A stretch of 64,000 nt of DNA, taken from assembly GCA_964291495.2 (NCBI GenBank), contig OZ219871.1, positions 1,024,001 to 1,088,000 of the forward strand, read 5' to 3'. Shown here piece by piece: positions 1-7,873 of this stretch; positions within the stretch are counted from its first letter, which is position 1, and each line of letters starts with the position of its first letter. This DNA comes from Dehalococcoidia bacterium (GTDB lineage Bacteria > Chloroflexota > Dehalococcoidia > UBA2979). A program made the position numbers and the translations under genes. Under the pieces are notes generated by a model, which was given only the letters and a program-made list of their open reading frames with translations, was not told the DNA's origin and ran no database searches.

Positions 1-830
1 CCGTCGCGCACGGGGTAGCCGTTGGTGTAGAGCAGCCCGGCCGCGTTCTGGGTCAGCACCTGCAACCCGCGCGTCTCGAGGATCTCGCGGTAGCCGCCGC
101 CGGCCTCCCGCACCGCGCGCACGCGCTCCAGCATCGGGCCGCTGGTCACGGCGTCGACGGCGGGGAGGCGGGAGACGTAGTAGGAGAGCAGGGAGACGGC
201 CGTCGCCACCAGCGGCGCGCTGATGTACTGACCGCGGCCGGTGCGTTCGCGCCGGAAGAGCGCCGCGCAGACTCCCATCGCGCCGGCGATGCCGCCCGCG
301 TAGTCGGAGAGCACCGTGCTGCTCATGCGCTGCGGCGCGCCGAACTCGTCGATCTTGCTCTCGGCCGCCATGAGGCCCGTGTAGGCCTGGATCACCACGT
401 CGCCGCCGGGCCGCTGCGCGTCCGGGCCGCGCGTGCCGTAGCTGGTGTGCTCGACGTAGATCAGGTCCTCGCGCAGCCCTCGCAGCGTCTCGTAGTCGAT
501 GCCGAGGCGCTGCGGCACGCCGGGGCGGGCGTTGATCACGAACACGTCGAAGCCCGGCGTCAGCCGGCGCAGCGCCTCGCGCGCCGCCTCCTGCCGCAGA
601 TCGAGGACGACGCTGCGCTTGCCTCGGTTGAGCGTGTGGAAGAGCTTGCTCTCGTTCGGCGCGAAGCCGGCGAGCCGGCGCGTCGGGTCGCCGCCCGGCG
701 GCTCGATCTTCACCACCTCCGCGCCGAGGTCGGCAAGGTTCTGCGCGCAGTAGGGCCCGACGACGTGCGTGCCCACCTCGAGCACGCGCACGCCCTCGAG
801 AGCGCCCCCGTCGAGCAGCGGCTCGGTCAT
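1..830 (-). CDS. Family III (CaiB/BaiF) CoA-transferase, truncated by the window edge
   Basis: Manual translation from ATG at 830: MTEPLLDGGALEGVRVLEVGTHVVGPYCAQNLADLGAEVVKIEPPGGDPTR...LNRGKRSVVLDL...STVLSDYAGG (catalytic Asp present). Not in the ORF track because it runs off the edge. Confidence 0.88.
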   Translation of the reverse strand, partial: MTEPLLDGGALEGVRVLEVGTHVVGPYCAQNLADLGAEVVKIEPPGGDPTRRLAGFAPNESKLFHTLNRGKRSVVLDLRQEAAREALRRLTPGFDVFVINARPGVPQRLGIDYETLRGLREDLIYVEHTSYGTRGPDAQRPGGDVVIQAYTGLMAAESKIDEFGAPQRMSSTVLSDYAGGIAGAMGVCAALFRRERTGRGQYISAPLVATAVSLLSYYVSRLPAVDAVTSGPMLERVRAVREAGGGYREILETRGLQVLTQNAAGLLYTNGYPVRD

Positions 831-849
831 CGCCAGCCCGGCTCCCGCG

Positions 850-1803
850 CTACTTGATCGCGTAGGCGTTGGGCGGCGAGCCGACACCGCCGAGGATGTT
901 GAGCGGCGAGGAGACGAGCATGAACTCGTAGACGCCGTCCTCGGCGCAGTCGGCGGCGAGCGGCGCGAGGTTGAAGTACTCGCCGATCGCGATGCCGAGC
1001 ATCGGCAGCAGGCGGCGGTGCTGGAAGCCCTCCTCGGGCTTGACGTGCAGCGCCTCCATCGCGTGCGTGTCGGCGGCCACCGCGCTGATGCCGCGGTTCC
1101 AGAGCCACGCCGCCGTCTCGCGCTGGCCGTCGAGGCCGGGCGCCTGCATCCCCTCCGGCGTCGGCGCGACCGACCCCTGCAGGGCCATCCGCGTATCGAG
1201 GTCGAGCGAGAGCAGCCACTCGAGCCAGCCGGTGTTGAGCAGCAGCGTGTCGCCGGGCTCGATCGCCACGCCCTGCGCCTCCGCGATCTCCTCGATCATC
1301 GGGCCGGTGATGGCGAAGCGCTCGTCGGGCGCGCAGTCGTAGTGGCGTTTCGCGTCGATCAGCACGCCGCGGCCGACGATGCCGCGCTCGGCCCACTGGT
1401 CGATGCCGCACTCGCGGCCCTCGTTGACGTCCTCGTCCTGGCGGCCGCCCCAGTAGCCGTACTGGCGGTAGCGCACGTGGGCGAGGGCGTCCCACTGGCT
1501 GGAGCCCTGCAGGAAGAAGCCGTCGACCCAGTCGTCGCGGGTCTGGCGGCCGGTCTCGATGTGGTGGACGAAGCGCGTGCGGTGGCTGAGCGGCGGGTCC
1601 GGCTCGTTGAGCGGCAGATCGAGGTTGATCACCTTGCCCGTGCGCACCAGCCGGGCGGCGGCCACGACGTGCTCCGGGGTCACGCGGTTGAAGGAGCCGA
1701 CCTGGTCGTCGCGGCCCCAGACGTCCCAGGCGTGGCGCTCCTCGCTGCCCTCGTCCATGGTCGGCAGATCCTCGAAGGCGGGCGTTCCGGTCGCTGGCGG
1801 CAT
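850..1803 (-). CDS. Cyclase family / kynurenine formamidase-like metal-dependent hydrolase
   Basis: WGxDDQVGSFN, QGSSQWDALAH, GIVGRGVLID, GDTLLLNTGW, GVGSPPNAYAI motifs. Confidence 0.85.
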   Translation of the reverse strand: MPPATGTPAFEDLPTMDEGSEERHAWDVWGRDDQVGSFNRVTPEHVVAAARLVRTGKVINLDLPLNEPDPPLSHRTRFVHHIETGRQTRDDWVDGFFLQGSSQWDALAHVRYRQYGYWGGRQDEDVNEGRECGIDQWAERGIVGRGVLIDAKRHYDCAPDERFAITGPMIEEIAEAQGVAIEPGDTLLLNTGWLEWLLSLDLDTRMALQGSVAPTPEGMQAPGLDGQRETAAWLWNRGISAVAADTHAMEALHVKPEEGFQHRRLLPMLGIAIGEYFNLAPLAADCAEDGVYEFMLVSSPLNILGGVGSPPNAYAIK

Positions 1804-1907
1804 CGCTGCATCCTTCCGGTCGATTCGGTGTGCGGCGGCGGCCGGACGATTCTAGAGGCTCGGGCCGGGGCGGGCAGGCGACGGCGGGCGAGGCACGCCG
1901 AAGACGC

Positions 1908-2147
1908 TCAACGCCTGTGCAACTCTTCGCGCGAGGGGTGCGCCTTCCCGCCGCTCAGGGAGCGAGGCCGCCGTGCGAAGTAGGAGCGGCGCGCCTGCTC
2001 GTAGCGATCGGCCTCGCGGCCGGCACGGGCCATCTGCTCGCGCAGCAGGCCGACGACGAACTGCGAGACACTGGTGTCTTGACGGGCCGCCTCGATGCGG
2101 GCCCAGCGAGCAGTCTCGTCGTCCAGGGTGATAGTCACGTTTCTCAC
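1908..2147 (-). CDS. Ribbon-helix-helix (CopG/VapB-like) antitoxin-type protein
   Basis: MRNVTITLDDETARWARIEAARQDTSVSQFV N-terminus; C-terminal SREELH typical of VapB-like antitoxins; TAGAGT 6 nt before the GTG. Confidence 0.75.
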   Translation of the reverse strand: MRNVTITLDDETARWARIEAARQDTSVSQFVVGLLREQMARAGREADRYEQARRSYFARRPRSLSGGKAHPSREELHRR

Positions 2148-2190
2148 GGATTCACTCTAGCCTGACCTGGATCGCGCGTAGAGGCCCCGA

Positions 2191-3432
2191 TCACCCCGCC
2201 GCCGCCCGCTCACGCGTGCTCGCGGGCGGGCGGAGCAGCAGCAGCAGGACGAGGTTGGCGGCCGCGGCGGCGGCGATGCCGCTCGCGAGGGCGACCTGGT
2301 CGATCTCGATCAGCTGGCTGAAGGTGATGTTGTAGACCGTGGCGATCGCCATCTGGGCGAACCCGAGCACCGCCGAGGCGAGACCCGCCATGCGCTCGAA
2401 GGGGATCATCGCGCCGGCCATCGCCGGCGGGCGGGCGAGACCGTTGCCCGCGGCGAACACGAACATCGGCAGCAGGACGGCCCACGGATTGGCGACGCCG
2501 CCCCAGGCGAGCCCCGCCATCACGCCGCCGGCGCCCGCGCCGAAGACGGCGCCGAGCAGCACCACCCGCGAGTTCGCCCAGCGCACCACCAGCCGGCTCG
2601 AGAGCCACGCACCGCTCATGATCCCGACCGCCGCGAATCCGAAGGCGAGCCCGAACTGGCCGGCGGTGAGCCCGAGCTCGTCGATCAGCACGAACGACGA
2701 GCCGGAGATGAAGACCAGTTGGCCGCTGAACATCAACCCCATCGTCAGCGAGTAGGCGAGGAAGATGCGGCTCGAGAACAGCTCCCGGTAGTTCCTGCCC
2801 ATCTGCACCGCGCCGAGGGCCGTCCGGTCGCGGCGCACGTTCGTCTCCGGCAGCACCAGCTGGTAGGCGACGAGCAGGAACACGCCGATGCCGATCAGCG
2901 TCACGAAGACGGCGCGCCAGTCGAACAGGTCCTGCAACACGCCCCCGATGATCGGCGCGAGCGTCGGCGCCAGCGGCGTGGCGATCGTCATGTACGCCAG
3001 CACCCGCGCGGCGCGGTCCCGGCCGAACACATCGAGCACCATCGCGCGGCCGATCGCGGGACCGGCGCCGCCGCCGACACCCTGGATGACGCGCCCGACG
3101 ATCAGCGCCTCCGCCGACCACGCGAACAGCGACATCAGGCCCCCGGCGATGAAGAGCACGAGGCCGGCGACGAGCGCGGGACGCCGTCCGAAGCGGTCCG
3201 AGACCGGCCCGTAGACGAGCTGCGAAGCCGCGAACGCAAGCAGGAACAGCGTGACCGCGAGCTGAATCGTCGAGGTCGGCGCCTCGAACTCCCTCGCCAT
3301 GTTCGGCATCGAGGGGAGGAACATGTCGATCGCGAGGGGCGCGGTCGTGTTCAGGCCGATCAGCAGCGCGACGGCGCGCTTCGACTCGGCGCGCTCGCGG
3401 ATCGAGGACGCGGGGGGATCGTTCGTGGCCAA
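2191..3432 (-). CDS. Bcr/CflA family MFS drug-efflux transporter
   Basis: LAIDMFLPSMP, YGPVSDRFGRRP, APTLAPIIGG, LPET motifs; about 12 hydrophobic segments. Confidence 0.9.
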   Translation of the reverse strand: MATNDPPASSIRERAESKRAVALLIGLNTTAPLAIDMFLPSMPNMAREFEAPTSTIQLAVTLFLLAFAASQLVYGPVSDRFGRRPALVAGLVLFIAGGLMSLFAWSAEALIVGRVIQGVGGGAGPAIGRAMVLDVFGRDRAARVLAYMTIATPLAPTLAPIIGGVLQDLFDWRAVFVTLIGIGVFLLVAYQLVLPETNVRRDRTALGAVQMGRNYRELFSSRIFLAYSLTMGLMFSGQLVFISGSSFVLIDELGLTAGQFGLAFGFAAVGIMSGAWLSSRLVVRWANSRVVLLGAVFGAGAGGVMAGLAWGGVANPWAVLLPMFVFAAGNGLARPPAMAGAMIPFERMAGLASAVLGFAQMAIATVYNITFSQLIEIDQVALASGIAAAAAANLVLLLLLRPPASTRERAAAG

Positions 3433-3633
3433 GGGCGCCCGTTCTGGCCGCTCGCTGCGTCATCGGCGACCCCTGGAGCATCGGGGCGGCGCGCGGGTGG
3501 ATCAATCGTCCGGCCGCGCCCGGGTCGCGAGTGGGGGTGGGGAGCGGGCCGGGTGGTCCAGTCCGGTATGCTCGTTGTGGTTCTTCACACACCTCGGCGA
3601 GCGAGCGTCAGCCGGTCGGAAGGGAGCCCTCCC

Positions 3634-3951
3634 GTGGAACTCGCCCCGCTACTGGCGCTGATGGCGGTGTGCGCCGCCGCAAGCGGCGCCGTCGCCAGGT
3701 GGAAGCGGCGCCGGATATGGCTGTGGGCCCTGCTAGGGGCGCTCTTCACCATCGCCGCCCTCATCATCGTCGCCGTCGTGCCGCGAAGCCGCACGCGAGT
3801 TGCGGGCGGCGGCAGCCTCCCCGAAGGGGCGGACCACGACTCACGGCTGCGCGCGCAGGCCGAGGGAGCGGAACTCCGGCGTCGTTCGGACGACGCGCGC
3901 TCCGAAGCGCACCGGGACATGTCGTCCCACATCCCCGGCGGGGGCTTCTGA
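3634..3951 (+). CDS. Small membrane protein (hypothetical)
   Basis: GTG start; two hydrophobic segments around ARWKRRRIWLWALLG; charged tail. Confidence 0.6.
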   Translation: MELAPLLALMAVCAAASGAVARWKRRRIWLWALLGALFTIAALIIVAVVPRSRTRVAGGGSLPEGADHDSRLRAQAEGAELRRRSDDARSEAHRDMSSHIPGGGF

Positions 3952-4205
3952 GGCGCATCGCGAAGGTGGAGCTTACTCGCGCCGAACCTCGCCCGCTGGG
4001 CGCAGCCCCTGACTCGACCCTGCGATAGGCTAGACGCCGCCTCGAGTCCCCCGAGGACGACCAGCCGCGGCCGCTTCCCGCCGGCCGCTCGCGAGGGAGC
4101 GCGCCGACGACTGCACAACCCCGCGACGACGACCGCGAGGATGCGCCCTCGCACGAGGGCACGCGCCCGGACGCGGAGGCGGAAGGGCTCCCCACGCCCG
4201 CGCAA

Positions 4206-5429
4206 CTGATCAGGGGCGTCGCCGCGGCGCCGACGTTCGCCTCGCTGCACGACCGCGATTTCCGCTGGTTCTTCTTCGCCTCGCTCAGCCAGAACGCGGC
4301 GATGAACATGCAGATGCTCGCGCGCGGCTTCCTCGTCTTCGAGCTGACCGGCTCCTACGCCGCTCTCGGCACCCTCGCGCTGGTGCACGCGGTCTCGATG
4401 CTCGCGTTCTCGCTCTACGGGGGCGTGCTCGCCGACGGCCGCTCGAAGCGCATGATCCTCCAGCTGGGCCAGATCGCGGCCGCCCTCAACGCCGCGGCGG
4501 TCGCGACGCTGCTCTTCGCGGACCTGCTGCGCTGGGAACACCTGCTCGTCGCGGCCTTCGCCCAGGGCGTGACCAGCGGGCTGATGATGCCGGCCCGCCA
4601 GGCGATGCCGCCCGAGATCGTCCAGCCCTCGCTGCTCCAGAACGCCGTCTCGCTCAACACGGCGAACATGAACGTCATGCGCCTGCTCGGGCCGGCCCTC
4701 GCCGGCGTGCTGCTCGCGGTCACCGAGGCGGAGTGGGTCTACACGATCATGACCGTGCTGTTCACGCTCTCGATCGTCCTGCTTGCCCGCGTGCCGAAGC
4801 GGGCGCCACGCCCGCGCTCGATGAGCGCCGCGAACGTCCTCAGGGAGCTGCGCGAGGGCTTCACCTACATCCGGCGCACGCCGACGGTGTTCTCGCTGCT
4901 GGCGATCGGCTTCACGACCTCGCTGCTGGGGATGCCCTACATCCGCCTCATGCCGGGCTTCGTCGCCGACGTGCTGAACGGGGACTCGGCGCAACTCGGC
5001 ATCCTGATGAGCCTCGCCGGCTTCGGCTCGCTCACCGGGGCGCTGGCGCTGGCCTCGTTGCGATCGAGGCGGCGCGGCAAGCTGCTGCTGTTGAGCATGG
5101 TGGTGATGGGTCTCGGCCTGACGGCGTTCTCCGCATCCTCGATCTTCGCGATCTCGATCGTCCTGATGTTCGTCGTCGGGATCGGCGAGGCGGGGCGGCA
5201 GGCGCTCAACGTGGTGCTGATCCACCAGTACGCCGACGACGCCTACCGGGGCCGCGTGATGAGCGTGCTCATGACGCAGGTCGGCACGATGGCGCTCGGC
5301 GCCTTCATCGTCGGCCTGATCGCCGAGGCGGTGGGCCCGCAGGTCGGCCTCGGCAGCTTCGCGCTGTTGCTCGTCCTCGTCGCGATCGCCGTGCACCTCT
5401 TCGTCCCGCGGGTGCGCGAGATCCAGTAG
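4206..5429 (+). CDS. MFS transporter (MFS_3/DHA3-like), paralog 1; start uncertain
   Basis: TFASLHDRDFRWFF (TM1) lies upstream of the first ATG (4302); YGGVLAD and YRGRVMS motifs; CTG at 4206 is a tentative start. Confidence 0.85.
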   Translation: MIRGVAAAPTFASLHDRDFRWFFFASLSQNAAMNMQMLARGFLVFELTGSYAALGTLALVHAVSMLAFSLYGGVLADGRSKRMILQLGQIAAALNAAAVATLLFADLLRWEHLLVAAFAQGVTSGLMMPARQAMPPEIVQPSLLQNAVSLNTANMNVMRLLGPALAGVLLAVTEAEWVYTIMTVLFTLSIVLLARVPKRAPRPRSMSAANVLRELREGFTYIRRTPTVFSLLAIGFTTSLLGMPYIRLMPGFVADVLNGDSAQLGILMSLAGFGSLTGALALASLRSRRRGKLLLLSMVVMGLGLTAFSASSIFAISIVLMFVVGIGEAGRQALNVVLIHQYADDAYRGRVMSVLMTQVGTMALGAFIVGLIAEAVGPQVGLGSFALLLVLVAIAVHLFVPRVREIQ

Positions 5430-5535
5430 CGCGCGCCCGTGCGCTACGCTGGGGGCCGCTGCGAGCCCTCCCGGCCGCTTCGCGAACACGCCGACGACTC
5501 GACAGCGCCGCGAGGACGACCGCGAGGACGCGCCG

Positions 5536-6816
5536 ATGCGAGGCAGCACGCGCCTGGACGCGCAACCGGAGCGGCCCGCGGCCACCTCGCGGCTGCTTCG
5601 CGGCCTGACGTCGGCGCGCACCTTCGAGTCCCTGCACGACCGCGACTTCCGCTGGTTCTTCGTCGCCACGCTCGGCCTGAACGCGACGATGAACATGCAG
5701 ATGCTCGCGCGCGGCTACCTCGTGTTCGAGCTCACCGGGTCCTATGCGGCGCTCGGAACGATGGCGCTGTTCCTGTCCGTGGTGATGCTCGGCTTCTCAC
5801 TCTACGGGGGCGTGATCGCGGACCGGCGCTCCAAGCGCCTCGTGGTCCAGGTCGGGCAGATCGGAGCCGCGCTGACCTCGGCGGCGGTGGCCGTGCTGCT
5901 CTTCATGGATCAGCTGCGCTACGAGCACCTGCTGGTCGCCGCGATGGCGCAGGGAGCGACCAGCGGCGTGATCTTCCCGGCGCTGCAATCGATGCCGCCG
6001 GAGATCGTCGGCCTGGCCCGCCTGCAGAACGCCGTGTCGCTCAACATGGCGGGCATGAACACGATGCGGCTGTTCGGCCCGATGCTCGCCGGGGTGATGC
6101 TCGCGATCGTCGGTCCGGAGTGGGTCTACGTGCTGATGACCGCGCTGTTCCTGCTCTCCGTCGTCCTGCTCCTCCGGGTGCCGGCGCGCGAACCGGACGC
6201 GGGCGCGGTGCGCAGGCGCGGCGGGATCGAGGAGTTCCGCGAGGGCCTCGCCTACATGCTCCGGACGCGCACCGTCTTCCTGCTGCTCGTCCTCAGCTTC
6301 GCGACCTCGCTGCTCGGGATGCCTTACATCCGGCTCCTGCCCGGATTCGTCGCCGACGTGCTGAACGGAGACGCGGCGCAACTCGGCCTGATGATGAGCG
6401 TGGCCGGCATCGGATCACTGGTTGGGGTGCTCGCGCTGGCCTCGCTGGACTCGGGGCAGCGGGGCAAGCTGCTGCTGCTGAGCGTGGTGGTGACCGGCCT
6501 CGGCCTAACGGCCTTCTCCGCCTCCTCGCACTACGTCCTCTCGCTCGCGCTGATGGTCGTCGTCGGGGTGGGCGAGTCAGGCCGGCAGGCGCTGAACAAC
6601 GTGCTGCTCCACACGCACGTGGAGGACGCCTACCGCGGCCGCATGGCGAGCGTCTTCATGATGCAGGTGGGAACCATGGCCCTCGGTGCCTTCGCGGTCG
6701 GTCTGATCGCCGAGGTGGTGGGGCCGCAGGTCGGCCTTGGCAGCTTCTCCCTGCTGCTCGTCCTGGTTGCGCTCGCGATCTACGCCTTCGTCCCGCGCCT
6801 CCGCGACCTCGAGTAG
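5536..6816 (+). CDS. MFS transporter (MFS_3/DHA3-like), paralog 2
   Basis: TFESLHDRDFRWFF, YGGVIADR, YRGRMAS; colinear with the upstream paralog. Confidence 0.9.
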   Translation: MRGSTRLDAQPERPAATSRLLRGLTSARTFESLHDRDFRWFFVATLGLNATMNMQMLARGYLVFELTGSYAALGTMALFLSVVMLGFSLYGGVIADRRSKRLVVQVGQIGAALTSAAVAVLLFMDQLRYEHLLVAAMAQGATSGVIFPALQSMPPEIVGLARLQNAVSLNMAGMNTMRLFGPMLAGVMLAIVGPEWVYVLMTALFLLSVVLLLRVPAREPDAGAVRRRGGIEEFREGLAYMLRTRTVFLLLVLSFATSLLGMPYIRLLPGFVADVLNGDAAQLGLMMSVAGIGSLVGVLALASLDSGQRGKLLLLSVVVTGLGLTAFSASSHYVLSLALMVVVGVGESGRQALNNVLLHTHVEDAYRGRMASVFMMQVGTMALGAFAVGLIAEVVGPQVGLGSFSLLLVLVALAIYAFVPRLRDLE

Positions 6817-6840
6817 CGCCGCCCCTCGATGGACCCTCTC

Positions 6841-7282
6841 CCTTCCGGCCCCCTCTCCTGGGGGAGAGGGTTGGGGTGAGGGGGCTCGCCCGCCGCTGCT
6901 CCTGCCTCGAGGGGTTGTTGCGCCGCCCTCGCCGTTTGGCCGGGATGACTCGGCCGGCTGGATTCCGGCTTTCGCCGGAATGACGGGAAGGGAGCCGGAA
7001 TGACGGAGTAGCGAGGGCACCCCCTCCGGCCCCCTCTCCCGGGGGAGAGGGTGGGGGTGAGGGGGCTCGCCCGCCGCCGCTCCTGCCTCGAGGGCTTGTT
7101 GCGCCGCCCTCGCCGTTTGGCCTGGACGACCCGGCCGGCTGGATTCCGGCTTTCGCCGGAATGACGGGTAGGAGAGCCGGAATGATGGAGTAGCGAGGGC
7201 GCTCCCCTCCGGCCCCCTCTCCCGGGGGAGAGGGTTGGGGTGAGGGGGCTCGCCCGCCGCTGCTCCTGCCTCGAGGGGTTGT
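6841..7282. repeat. Tandem array of about 2.5 copies of a ~182-bp composite palindromic repeat
   Basis: Units start near 6841, 7022 and 7205. Each has CCCCTCTCC-N-GGGGAGAGGG(T/G)TGGGGTGAGGGGG; the two full units also have CTGGATTCCGGCTTTCGCCGGAATGACG. Lies between convergent genes. Confidence 0.9.
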
Positions 7283-7313
7283 GCGCCCTCGGCGCTGCTC
7301 GCACCCGCCGCGA

Positions 7314-7748
7314 TCAGCGGACGGGCCGGCGGTCGCGGACGATCTCGGTGAGGATGCCGTCGGCGGAGGCGGGGTGGAAGAAGGAGGTCGTGATGTCCTC
7401 GATCGGCTCGCCGAAGTCGATGTAGCGCAGGCCGTTGTCGATGAACTGCTTCGTGTCGGCAACCACGTCGTCGCTGCCGTAGCCGATGTGGTGCAGCCCC
7501 GGCCCGCGCCGCTCGAGGTAGCGACCGATGCCGCTCTGCGCGTCGTCGGGCAGCAGGATCTCGATCTTCGTCTCGCTGACGCCGACCCGCACGAAGAAGA
7601 TTCGCGTGCGCTCCGGGGCGAAGTAGCCGCCATCAGGCATGGGCGCGCGGTCCGTGTCCCAGGCGAGGCCGAGCCGCTCGACGAGCACGTCGCCAGCCTG
7701 CTCGAGGCTGTGCGACACGATCCCGATGTGGTCGACGTAGGTGATCAT
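7314..7748 (-). CDS. VOC family protein, methylmalonyl-CoA epimerase-like
   Basis: VDHIGI, KIEILLP, RGPGLHHIGY, FFHPASADGILTEI metal-ligand pattern (H, H, E). Confidence 0.8.
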   Translation of the reverse strand: MITYVDHIGIVSHSLEQAGDVLVERLGLAWDTDRAPMPDGGYFAPERTRIFFVRVGVSETKIEILLPDDAQSGIGRYLERRGPGLHHIGYGSDDVVADTKQFIDNGLRYIDFGEPIEDITTSFFHPASADGILTEIVRDRRPVR

Positions 7749-7873
7749 CCCGTCCCCCTCCCGCGCTCGCCGTCGAGGCGAAGCCTAGCGGCTGCGGCTC
7801 GCCGTCGCTGCGACTACTCAACCAGCCTCCGTATACTCACGAGCCACGAGGACTCCCACCACCCGGAGGCGTC

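Noticed and set aside
6841-7282. Possible CRISPR array
   Set aside because: The units are ~182 bp and near-identical along their length, with no unique spacers and no cas genes
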